Of a DNA stretch of 64,000 nucleotides, positions 27,095-39,949 are shown piece after piece. Every line of letters begins with the position of its first letter. Position 1 is the first letter of the stretch. A program made the position numbers and the translations under genes. The notes beneath the pieces are model-generated. The model had not been told where the DNA came from. It ran no database searches and was given only the letters and a program-made list of their open reading frames with translations. Source of the stretch: Octopus sinensis (lineage: Eukaryota); contig NW_021834517.1 of assembly GCF_006345805.1 (NCBI RefSeq), forward strand, positions 8,476 through 72,475, given 5' to 3'.

Positions 27095-28460
27095 CATTTA
27101 ATCATTCAAATCTTCCTCTGAAGAAGGAGCTGGTTTCTGGCAAAGATACGAAGCTCCATCTTTGGAATGGAGATAATGAAAACAATGTCATGTTTTAGAC
27201 CCGAGAAAAGTCTTTTGGTTGGTTTTACTGTTCCACGTAACAAATTGTATTCGTAATGTGAGAATCAGTTGGTTGATTTCTTTTTCTGAAACCAAAGCTG
27301 ATCCAGACTGACAGTTAGGCGTTTAGTAACCAAACTAAGTGCTCCAATTATCATTGGTACAAATGTAAATTTATAATCCAGATAAAGAAGCTGGAAGTTT
27401 CGAAGTAATTGTCTATAGTCATTTTATTTCCCTTTGATTTTCAAAGATATTCACATCAACAGGACAGCTGATCTATGACGGTACATACTTTTTCTTGAGT
27501 ACTCCAAACAACAATATCCGGCCTGTTATGTTTACACTAGACAGATGTTTTGATGGGAATGTTCCACCCGTATTCTTTGTGTATTCAATAACAGGAGAAT
27601 TCTCTATATCTATTCCAAGACAGTCTTTTTCTTTTTCCGAATGGAATTGTATATTGTTTTTGCGACAACTTCATGTCGCATAGAGTGGTAGTCCCTTGAT
27701 GAAATTTTTAAGCAGCTGCTAATCACATGTGTGATGTCTTCCACAGCGATATGGCATAATCTACATTTATGATAGCATCTCGGAACTCCAAGAGCTTCAC
27801 TGTCTCTTTTGTTGATTAGGTATTTAGTAGCAATCTCCTGTTCTTGCATTGCAAAAGCATAGTCTTCGAAGTGTGATGTGCTGTAGCGGTCACGGGTCCA
27901 AGACAGGTTTAGCTTCATGTCAATATTACAATCTTCAAGTCTGCGAGAAACATACCCATGCATGTTCTTTCTTTCTTTCTTTCTTTTTCTTTCTTTTTTT
28001 CGTATACTTAGCGGTTGACTTCCAAGTCGTCTTTGAAGTATACATGTCCGGCCGATTTGGTACGATATTGTTTTCTTCACTTTTCAGTACGAAGTTAATG
28101 TATTTATTTCTGCTGCTGTTTAGCAAGTGCTGTCTGAGAGAGACTATATGCGACATTCGAAGGCTGTCGGCACTGATCTCAAGCCCCTACCAGCTCTATC
28201 TCTTCTTAGGTAGAATCTGTTGATATCCCTATTTTTGTGAAGAATCTTGACGGCTTTAATGTCTATGAAGTGGATTTCTTCTACAGACCAGTCAAGATCC
28301 CAAATCAGCACTGGTACTGCAAACGCATTGTGGGATATTGTCTTGTAAAAGAGGAGAGTTCCGACTGCCATATTTTTCCTGGTCCGGCGTAATATTCGTG
28401 GGTCACTCTGTTTTTATTCACAGTAATTGGTGCGATATATTTTCATCAATGCCGAGATAC
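27095..28460 (-). mobile_element. REL-endonuclease LINE (R4/NeSL-like) 3' part: RT thumb, CCHC knuckle, REL domain, 3' UTR
   Basis: FAVPVL..RFYLRRDRAGRGL, AMQEQEIATKYL, KCRLC..VEDITHVISSC..RHEVVAKTIYNSI, HNRPDIVVW and FVPMIIGAL. Confidence 0.88.
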
Positions 28461-28515
28461 TTGTAACATTCTTTGTATGGGATACGAGAGATAGTGAGAT
28501 GTGCAGGTTTTGTAA

Positions 28516-29259
28516 GGCGGCGAGCTGGCACGTTAGCACGCGAAAGGTTTAGCGGCATTTCAGCTGCCGCTACGTTCTCAGTTCAAATTCCGCCGAGGTT
28601 GACTTTGCCTTTCATCCTTTCGGGGTCGATAATTAAGTACCAGTTACGCACTGGGGTCGATACAATCGACTTAATCCGTTTGTCTGCCCTTGTTTGTCCT
28701 CACTGTGTTTAGCCCATATGGGTAGTAAAGAAATAGGTATTTTGTCTGACGCTACGTTCTGAGTTCAAATTCCGCCGAGGTCGACTTTGCCTTTCATCCT
28801 TTCGGGGTCGATAAATTAAGTACCAGTTACGCACTGGGATCGATATAATCGACTTAATACGTGTGTCTGTCCTTGTTTGTGCTCTCTGTATTTAGCCCCT
28901 TGTGGGTAGTAAAGAAATAGGTATTTCGGCTGCCGCTACGTTCTGAGTTCAAATTCCGCCGAGGTCGACTTCACTTTTCATCCTTTCAGGGGTCGATTAA
29001 ATAAGTACCAGTTACGCACTGGGGTCGATATAATCGACTTAATCCGTTTGTCTGTCCCTGTTTGTCCTATCTGTGTTTAGCCCCTTGTGGGTAGCATTTC
29101 GTCTGACGTTACGTTCTGAGTTCAAATTCGTCCGAGGTCGACTTTGCCTTTCATCCTTTCGGGGTCGATAAATTAAGTCTCAGTTGCGTACTGGGGCCGA
29201 TATAATCGACTGTGCTCCCCTCAAAAATTTCGGGCCTTGTGCCTAGAGTAGAAAATAAT
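28516..29259 (+). mobile_element. Family-2 SINE with four tandem internal units of ~174-184 bp
   Basis: One head at 28516; units start near 28555, 28737, 28921 and 29095, each with gagttcaaattcc and cctttcggggtcgat; normal tail at the end. Confidence 0.9.
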
Positions 29260-30705
29260 GTACGGGTTTTGTGTCTGGGAGACTGATTTTTCCCGTTCAA
29301 CAATTAAATCAGAGGATTTCTTCTGGCCAAATTCCATTCCTAAATCAGCTGAAAATGTTAATTCCAATTGCTTATTTTTTTTTTTTCTTTGTGTGTATGT
29401 ATGTGTATGTGTGTGCGTGAGTGTTTGAATGACAGTAGAGACGCTCCTGTTCGAGTGTTCTGGAGTCAAGGGGATCGTGGAGTCAGCCCTTAATTACCAT
29501 TACTCCGAGGTTCTTTCTGATGCGGAATGGCAGTACTTGTCATAGTCCCATCTACGAGTTAAACAGATTCCCCAGATTTCCCGTGTGGAAAGCAGCTCTT
29601 CTGGGAGAAAGAAACTGACAGAAAACTTGCAGCAAAAATAGTAGCAGTCATCTTACAACGCTTGTGACTGGAGCCTTCTATGGCGTTGCACGGGATTTTA
29701 TCACTCAAACCCAGAGAACTCACAATTCGTTTCGTCTCTTCGTCCGTTTTGTATTTTACAATGTTATAATTTTATAATGTTTTGTATTTTAGAATGGATG
29801 CATGACTGGCCTGAAAAGTCGTGTCTGCACACTTGTAAGGATGAAAGTAAATCAGAACAACCAGGCTGGATGTGAGGCGGCCTGCATCTGACAAAATGAG
29901 GTAACCATCCTCATGTGTGTGTGTGTGTGTGTGTGCATGTAAAATCTGAGAGTGGAAGAGGGGGAGACAGAGAAAGATTTTTTTCGCTTATCTTCTCTAT
30001 TGGGACAAATATTAACTTCTGGGGAGGAAGTGAATAAGATCCGAAACGGATGATTCACCAATAAAGCAAATAGTGAAATAGAAATAACCTTAATATTAAA
30101 TAATCTCTGAACGGTAACCTTCGTTTTATAACGGAGTTTATTTGATTACACGTTTATGTATGTGTGAGTGTATATAGACATGTTTGTGTATATGTGTGTG
30201 AGTGTGTATGCATCTATGAGTATGTCTGCGTGTGTGTCAGTGTATATGTGTGTGTGAGTGGTGAATGTGTATATATGCGTGTGTTGACAGAGTTTTGGGG
30301 TAGGGGAGAAAAAATACGTTGATTCTTGAACAGATATGAAGGAGCGAAATACAGTCATTTTTCGCGATTGTTAGTGGGGTGGGGTGGAAGATATGGAGGT
30401 GGGGATAGGGAGGAGAAAGATAGGGGTTTGTAGAGAAAGGGGAGATAACAATAGACGAAAATGGGGGAGGGAAGAGGAAGAATTTAATGATGATGATGAT
30501 GATGATGAGTAGGAGAAAGAGAAAGAGCTCTCATCAAATAAACTCGCCCCTACGACCTCTGACACTCCAACCCCTGCAACAGATTCCTTCAGTGCAGTGA
30601 AAAGGTTTTGTTAATTCACTGTTGCTGCCATTTGTTTACAACATTCACTTAATAAACGATGAGAAAATAAAGAGAGAGGAGCAAGCTGTGTTGGTTTCAA
30701 CACAT

Positions 30706-30722
30706 TGCCACCAGATGGCAGG
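30706..30722 (+). promoter_or_regulatory. CTCF-like motif
   Basis: tgccaccagatggcagg matches the CCASYAGRKGGCRS core in non-repeat sequence. Confidence 0.4.
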
Positions 30723-30969
30723 TTGAACGGAAGTAAAGAAAAGAAGTAATTGAAAGGGGAGTTCATGTCTGACTCTTCATCTTGTTCGATTTGGAAAAGA
30801 GAAAAGAAAGCAGAAATTGTCGGACGATCGTGTAAACATGAAAATAAACATGGCGTTCTTACCTGGTTCCATCATATGACCATCCAAACAGACAGGCTGC
30901 TTGTTGTTTGCAGATTGTATTTCGCTACCTCTACACCTTATCTCTACCGTTCTCTGATGGTTCGATTGC

Positions 30970-31003
<34 letters not shown>

Positions 31004-31079
31004 ATTTTCGTATCAATCTTCCCGCCTACCTATGACCTAGCTACTATAATCCTAAATTTACCACCATATACATACATAC

Positions 31080-31619
31080 GTGCACGCACTCATATATACA
31101 TATTATATACATTATTAATATATATATATATATTATATATAATACATATATATATACACACATACATACATATATATATATATACACACATACATACATA
31201 CATATATATATACACACATACATACATACATATATACATACACATACATACATATATATATACACACATATATATATACACATATGCATACATATATATA
31301 CATGCATACATATATATATACACACATACACATATATATACACACATACATACACATATATATATATACATGCATATATATATATATACATGCATATATA
31401 TATATATACATGCATACATATATATATATACATGCATACATATATATATATATACATGCATACATATATATATATATACATGCATACATATATATATACA
31501 CACACATGCATACATATATATATACACACACATATACATATATATACACATACATACATATATACACATACATACACATATACATATATATATACACATA
31601 CATACATATATATATACAC

Positions 31620-31655
<36 letters not shown>

Positions 31656-31663
31656 CTATATAC

Positions 31664-31706
<43 letters not shown>

Positions 31707-31727
31707 CATACATATATATATATATAC

Positions 31728-31798
<71 letters not shown>

Positions 31799-32120
31799 CA
31801 CATACATACATATATATGTACATATATATATATATACACATACATACATATATATGTACATATATATATATATACACATACATACATATATATGTACATA
31901 TATATATATATACACATACATACATATATATGTACATATATATATATATACACATACATACATATATATTACATATATATATATATATACACATACATAC
32001 ATATATATATATACATAATATATATATATAACACATACATACATATATATATATACATATAGATATATATATATATACCATACATACATATATATTACAT
32101 ATATATATATATATATACAA

Positions 32121-32154
<34 letters not shown>

Positions 32155-32167
32155 TACACATACATAC

Positions 32168-32206
<39 letters not shown>

Positions 32207-32385
32207 CATACATATATATGTACATATATATATATATATATACACATACATACATATATATGTACATATATATATATATATATACACATACATACATATA
32301 TATGTACATATATATATATATATATATATAATATTACACATACATACATATATATATACATATATATATATATACACATACATAC

Positions 32386-32428
<43 letters not shown>

Positions 32429-32433
32429 CATAC

Positions 32434-32482
<49 letters not shown>

Positions 32483-32783
32483 CATACATATATATATACA
32501 TATATATAATATATATATATACATATATATATATATACACATACATACATATATATGTACATATATATATATATACACATACATACATATATATATACAT
32601 ATATATATATATACACATACATACATATATATGTACATATATATATATACACATACATACATATATATGTACATATATATATATATATACACATACATAT
32701 TATATATATATATATAATATAGATATATAACATACATACATTATATATATATATATAATATATATATATATACACATACATAC

Positions 32784-32838
<55 letters not shown>

Positions 32839-32906
32839 CATACATTATTATATATATATATATATACACATACATACATATATATATATATATTATATAT
32901 ATATAC

Positions 32907-32993
<87 letters not shown>

Positions 32994-33025
32994 CATACAT
33001 ATATATAATAGATATATATATATAC

Positions 33026-33072
<47 letters not shown>

Positions 33073-33200
33073 CATACATATATATATATATATATAATAT
33101 ATAGACACATACATACATATATATTATATATATATATATATATACACATACATACATATATATATATATTATATATATATATATATATACACATACATAC

Positions 33201-33268
<68 letters not shown>

Positions 33269-33621
33269 ACATATATATATATATATATATATACATACAT
33301 ATAGATATATATATACATATATATATATATACAAATACATAACATATATATTATATATAATACATACATACTATATATATATATACATATATATATATAT
33401 ACACATACATACATATATATGTACATATATATATATATACACATACATACATATATATGTACATATATATATATATACACATACATACATATATATGTAC
33501 ATATATATATATATATAATATACATACATATATATATATATATATTATATTATATACACATACATACATATATATATATATACACATACATACATATATA
33601 TGTACATATATATATATATAC

Positions 33622-33654
<33 letters not shown>

Positions 33655-33665
33655 CACATACATAC

Positions 33666-33702
<37 letters not shown>

Positions 33703-33733
33703 CATACATATATATATACATACACATACATAC

Positions 33734-33765
<32 letters not shown>

Positions 33766-33823
33766 TATACACATACATAACATATATATATTATATATAT
33801 ATACATATATATACATATACACA

Positions 33824-33857
<34 letters not shown>

Positions 33858-33863
33858 TACACA

Positions 33864-33903
<40 letters not shown>

Positions 33904-33934
33904 CATACATATATATATATATATACATATATAC

Positions 33935-33975
<41 letters not shown>

Positions 33976-34157
33976 CATACATATATATATATATATACAT
34001 ATATACACATACATACATATATATATATATACATATATACACATACATACATATATATATATATACATATATACACATACATACATATATATATATATAT
34101 ACATATATATATATTATATATATATATACAACATACATACATATAATATATATATAT

Positions 34158-34188
<31 letters not shown>

Positions 34189-34199
34189 CACATACATAC

Positions 34200-34230
<31 letters not shown>

Positions 34231-34354
34231 ACATATATACATATATATATATACACATACATACATATATATATATACACATACATACATATATATATAC
34301 ACATACATATATGTATATATACACATACATACATATATATATACACATATATAT

Positions 34355-34388
<34 letters not shown>

Positions 34389-34389
34389 A
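31080..34389. repeat. (TA)n/(TACA)n tract with a higher-order acacatacatacatatatat(gtac) unit
   Basis: Read directly from the sequence. Confidence 0.95.
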
Positions 34390-35170
34390 CAGTACCGTGC
34401 AAATGTTTTCGACCACTTTAAACTATTGTAAATTTCTACGAAATGCCAACTTAGAAGTGGATGTTTCGCATTGCGTTTTTTTACAAATGAAACATTGGTC
34501 CTGTTGGAGCCATTTCCATACTTAATCATTATATTTTGTAGTAGGGGTTCTGAATGAGAGGGAAGGATGCGAGACGACCACCAAAATTGGCCGTGCAAAA
34601 GGTTTTGGCCACCTCACATAAACCAGTCAAGATATAGTGTTTTAAAACAGAAAAAAATGTCTATAATGAAAATTTATCACAATGTTCTTTTCAAGAAGTT
34701 ACTGTACATTGCTAATATTTTGTGTGGCTTCCCTTAGCTTGAATAATTGCTTCAATGTGCCTGGGAAGAGATGCGTACAAATCCTTCACCATCTTCATAG
34801 GTATAAGATGCCATTCTCTGCGGCTGAGCTCCCACAACTCTTCAAGATTGCGCAGATTCTTCTGACGAGTTCTTCTCTTTAGTTCTGTCCACATTTGATT
34901 GATGATATTTAAGTTAAGGCTCTGAGCTGGCCAATCTTTCAACACCATCAATCAGACTGTTGTGTTGCACACGATCTGTGGCATGAAGCTCCGTCATGCT
35001 GTAAGATCTCACCTTCATCCAAGTCTCTGTAGCAAATTGTCCGTCAGCAACTGGATGTATTTGGCACTATTCAAGTTCCTGTCAATTTTAGCAAACTTCC
35101 TTGAACCATAACTTTATGTACCCCCAAGGCACCAGACTCTTACCCACCAAACTTCACTGTTTTCGTCGGT
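34390..35170 (-). mobile_element. Tc1-family transposon, 3' half, with IR-DR-like terminus
   Basis: TA|CAGT end at 34390; transposase C-terminus QHDGASCH..WPAQSLNLNIINQMW..KGSHTKY*; near-duplicate motif ccgtgcaaa..gtttt.g.cac at 34395 and 34591. Confidence 0.85.
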
Positions 35171-37256
35171 AACGTGGGTCATTTCGCTTTCCTGAAGGCC
35201 GTCTGGCAAATTCTCAGGAACTCACTCAGGATATGTTTAAATCCCTTATCTTCGTACAAGGCCTTAAGACAACCAAAGATAGAGAAATTCGGGCAAGGAT
35301 TCTCTCAGACATGGAGCAAGCAAACAAAGACTTAGCCCTACAGGCCATTGCAGAAGAATGTCAAACGACGGTAAACCTGAAACACGACGCGAAAAAAATT
35401 CAAGAGAAAGGTTCCGCAAAAGTACATATGTGTCGACTCGCAAAGTACAACCAAAAAAGAGTGTCGGGCCCCAATCCATGTGGAGGCCTACACTTCAGAA
35501 AAGAGTGTCCGTTTAAAAACCGAAAATGCTTTAGTTGTCAGAAACTTGGTCACAAAAGCTCTCACTGATTTTGAATGTCGAACGCAAAAAGTTCTAAGGT
35601 GCTTTCAGCAGAAAGTAAATGCGACACAAAAACAATAAAATACGTACACGTAAAAATAAATTATGTAAATATCAAACTATAGTTGGATACGGGCAGTGAT
35701 ATTTCAATCATAAATGCGGATACATGGCGAAAAATCGGGAAACAGGGGTTACGTAAAACAGCGAAAATTGCGCGTGGCTTGACGGGTGATAAATTATATT
35801 TCATGAGAGAAATGTGTACACGTCACATTTCGAGGAGAAACACGCGAAGCAAAAATATTCATTGTGGAGAATACAATCAATCTGCTTGGTACAGATGGGT
35901 TGGAGTTATTTGACTTATGGCACCTCCCCATAAGTCTCTGCTGCAAAAACATAAATGGTTGTCCCGTTAAAAATAAATCATCTGAGGAATTGAAGAGAAA
36001 ATTAAAAAAGATGTTTCCTCAAGTACTATCGGAGGACTTGGGTCTACGTAGAAAGACTGAAGCCTGCTTTCAAGTAAGCAAATACGCTGTGCCTGTATTT
36101 AAGTCCAACAGAAAAGCACCGTTCGCGGCAATTGAAATCGTAATTGAAGAGTTGGACGGACTGGAAAAGAGTGGAATCATTAAAAGGGTGGATTACTCGA
36201 AGTGGGCGACACCCAGGGTGCGCATTAAAAAGAAAAATAATAAGATTAGACTGTGTGTCGATTTTTCTGTAAGATTGAATGACTGCTTAAAGACATGCCA
36301 CCATCCACTCCCGACTCCAGAGGACACTTTCGCAAAATTAAATGGTGGAAAAATTTTCTGTAAATTGGATCTGTCTGACGCTTACTTACAGATTAAAGTA
36401 AATGACAAATGCTCAAAGTCTCTGACAATAAATACACAGAGAGCGTTGTACGGATATACACGGTGACCTTTTGGATTAAAGGTTGCACCGGCAATACAAT
36501 AAATCATGGACGCTATGTTAACTGATTGTGAATTTGCAATTCCTTATTTGGACGATCTATTGATTAAGACTAATTCGCGTGAATACTATGTGGAGCATAC
36601 AAAAGCTGTGTTCAAGAAAATTAAGGAGTACGGGTTCACTTTGAGTGAGGAAAAAATGCGAATTTTTTTTGCTTCAAATAAAGTACTTAGGACAAAATAA
36701 TTGATGAAAATGGTAGACGGCCTGACCCGTCGAGGGCAGATGCAATAAGGAATATGCCTGCTCCGACAAATATACCAACATTACAAGCGTTTCTTGGGCT
36801 GGCAAACTACTACCAAAACTACATTCCTAACATACACAAATTAAGGGCTCCAATGGATGATTTATTAAAAAAGGAAGTAAAGTGATAGACGTAGAGAAAA
36901 AATACAGTCAGATAGAAAAAGGAGCTCTATCGATTATCTTCGTTGTGAATAAATTTCACAGGTTTCTACATGGTAGAAATCTTCTGTAACGAACGGATCA
37001 TCGACCACTGCTATCAATTTATGGGTCAAAGAAAGGGTTACCTACCCATACAGAGAACCGACTTTCAAAATGCAATATATTCCATCGAAAAAAATTGGTC
37101 ATGCAAACTCTCTATCAAGACTAATTTCCCAAAATATTGAACCATTACAAGGTGCCGTGATAGCCGCACTGCAGACGGATAATGAAATAAAAAGTATTAT
37201 GACTAATTTACATTATTTACATTCGACGGATATTTGTCCTCATCTTGTTTGTTGGT

Positions 37257-37302
37257 AACACAACCTTTCGGCTGACGTACCCTCCAGCCTTCTTCAGGTG
37301 TC
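37257..37302 (-). ncRNA. Minimal hammerhead motif (left arm, stem III mutated)
   Basis: GACAC-CUGAAGA-A-GGCUG..CAGCC-GAAA-GGU-U-GUGUU; a C15.2->G change breaks the ACGU palindrome. Confidence 0.6.
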
Positions 37303-37330
37303 ATGGGGAAATTTCGAACCTGTTCCCTAA

Positions 37331-37376
37331 GACACCTGAAGAAGGCTGCAAGGTATATCAGCCGAAACGTTGTGTT
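37331..37376 (+). ncRNA. Minimal type I hammerhead ribozyme motif (right arm)
   Basis: GACAC-CUGAAGA-A-GGCUG(10 nt)CAGCC-GAAA-CGU-U-GUGUU: intact core with an extra A, 5-bp stems I and II, loopless palindromic stem III ACGU, GUU triplet. Confidence 0.75.
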
Positions 37377-39030
37377 AACAACAAACAAGATGAGGACAAA
37401 TATCCGTTGAATGTAAATAATGTACATATTTCCTCATCTCTTAAATATAGAATTATAATATGACTAATGTTATCCAAGAACTGCCAGTGACTGCACAGGA
37501 TATAAGAATGAAATCTTATATGAGTATATTACAAATATGAAAGAAGCTTTAAAAAATAAGCAGAATAAAAAATACAAATTCGAGTAGTTTCTCAATATGC
37601 GACTATAATTTGGTGTATGTGCAAAGCGGCGTTGTAGTACCGACTACCTTACAAAAACGTGTATTGCAGCAATTCTACAGCGGACAACCCTAACATACTC
37701 CGACTAAATTCAAATATGAACCTCAAGCAGTATTAGTGTTGTAAATATTATCTAACATACATACTAAATGTACGAACCTCGCTTGTTAGCCTTTCGGCTG
37801 TAATTTGTGCGGTGGAGATGACTCTAACAAAACGCGGGTATTAAACCGTTTAAAAGTCATAGACACGACGCATACTAGGAAACGACTTGTTACACTATTT
37901 TTATTTTCCCAGGGACCGATGATTCAGTTTGCCTCTAATTTGGTTCAGGTACGTGATGTCGGTAAGCCACCAAAATGGCAAACCATCACTCCTGAACGCG
38001 ATTTAGGGTGAATCGTCTTGCCTGTCTGTGGCTTTCAAGTGTTGTAACACCCGGCGATTCGATGAATTCATCTCCATCACGCAATGTTGCCGTCTACCGG
38101 CGAAAAAGCCAGGTTCGTACATTGAGTAGATGTGTTCGATAATGTTTACAACACAACCGCTGCTTCTAATTCATACACACACACACACATATATATAAGA
38201 GAGACCAACTATACATATACGATTTTGTATGTATATTTTGCGCATGTATACTCGTATGTGTGTGTGTTGCGTGCGTGTATGTACGTATGTATACGCTCGT
38301 TTAAGTGCGTATATACATGTGCGTATACCTATCAGTGATAAAAAATACTATTAAAGCAAGCGTGTGGGTGTCGTCTTGCTGCTTATCTTTCCTGGTGCAG
38401 ACAAATGTCTCGATGGGAAGCTCTTGGCCGTTTCGCTGCCATTCGCCAATTAGCATCATTATTATTTGACTTTAATCAAATGTTACAAAATTATTTCAGT
38501 TGATAAGACTTCAGCTATCTTGTCTCATCGAACGTAGCTGTTATTTTTTTAAATGCGATTTCATCTCACCCCCCCCCCCCGCTCCCTAACAGTATATATT
38601 AATACAATGAAGTCGGATAGGTTTTTATCATGACATTAGTCTATAAGAGTTTATAAATGATACCAGACAACAATTATTTCAATTTTCTCATGTTGCATTT
38701 AATGCCTGTTTTCACTGCAAAATCGAGCGACGTCACATTGCATGCCTGGCCAACATGCTGCGCTTGGGCTCCTTTCCAGATTTCCGGCTCTACTGAATGC
38801 ATTTTATGTAATATGCGTGCAGACCATTCTAGGGTTGCTTTCTGTATCTTGTGTACGGAAGTAGAATCCGTTGCTTTGCTTTCCAATTTGCCCGCATTAT
38901 CAGTTTCCATCCCCAAAGCACCTTTTATTACGGAGTTTTCTTTTCTTTTCTTTTTTTTTTGTCTGTTAAAATTGATGTTAATTATGATATATTTATTTTT
39001 CTCTTTTTTTTTAAATAATGATAATAATTA

Positions 39031-39241
39031 TGATTTCAAAATTTTGCCGCAAGGGCAGCTTACGGGATGGGATTAAATCGATTACATCGACCCCCAATAC
39101 GTATATGGTACTTATTTAATCGGCCCTGAAAGGATGAAAGGCAAAGTCGACCTCGGCGGAATTTGAACTCAGAACGTAAAGACGGATGAAATGCCGCTAA
39201 GCATTCTGCCCGGCGCGTTAACGATTCTGCCAGCTCGCCGT
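39031..39241 (-). mobile_element. Family-2 SINE
   Basis: Reverse complement of the ggcgagctggcagaatcgtt..gagttcaaattccgccgaggtcgac body. Confidence 0.88.
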
Positions 39242-39266
39242 AGAATAATGGTGGTGGTGGCGGTGT

Positions 39267-39301
<35 letters not shown>

Positions 39302-39534
39302 ACACTGAGTTGATTGTTTCGCTTTGGTTGTCCATTTTTATAAACTTACTGCACGCACACACACACACACACACACACATCTTCACCACCACCATCCATG
39401 TATAAGTGAACATGTGAGTGAGAAGAGACAGACAAACAGACAGTCAGACAGAGATAAAAGAAAAGCACAATGGCTGAGACGAAAACATAACGATATACTT
39501 GTACATGAGCATTAGTTAAGGAGAACTGACCAGA

Positions 39535-39565
<31 letters not shown>

Positions 39566-39949
39566 TTATAAAGATTGACGTAACTCTTCACGAAGGTAAA
39601 TGAGAAGAGAGCGAAGCGATTTGTTGTTATCGATTATTTACTTAACAACGGTTTCACTGATATTTCGACAGATCGACTCTTTTCAAGTTCAAAATGTAAA
39701 GTGAAAACAACTTCAGAAACACAGAAGTTGAAAATAGAAACGAGGAAATCCTGCGTTCCTATTCTGATAGAATGACGTCATCAGTCGAACGGTTTTGTGA
39801 CTGGTTAAAGGGGAAAAGAAAGAAAAAGGAAAAGAGAAAAGGAAGAATATTCAGTCGAACAGTTTTGTGTAAATAGGATGGATTCCCCTGTCCTTTTATT
39901 CAGTCCCAGGGCGGGATGTGAGTAATTCACATAAATATATTTGTCCCAA

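Larger units (their letters stand above)
37208..37458. mobile_element. 251-bp palindromic non-autonomous insertion (PLE pLTR-like) with 10-bp TSD
   Basis: TSD tatgactaat at 37198-37207 and 37459-37468; 102-bp inverted arms 37209-37310 and 37323-37424 with 9 mismatches. Removing the insert restores the Gypsy frame (EIKSIMTN|VIQELPVT). Confidence 0.9.
35200..37700 (+). mobile_element. Ty3/Gypsy LTR-retrotransposon internal region (decayed gag-pol; no LTRs recognised)
   Basis: Gag knuckle CFSCQKLGH, protease LDTGSDISII, RT WATP..KIRLCVDF..LDLSDAYLQI..YLDDLLI, FLGLANYY, and late-pol HANSLSRL..ELPVT. Confidence 0.92.

Noticed and set aside
27118-27165. CTGAAGAA-GGAGC..GCTCC hairpin
   Set aside because: Not followed by GAAA; it is the antisense of the REL-LINE 3' UTR hairpin.
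39655-39790. HHR-like remnants downstream of the second PLE (ttgaaaaga..gtcgaaatatc; ctgatgacgtca)
   Set aside because: The position is suggestive, but the cores or GAAA are too degraded to call.
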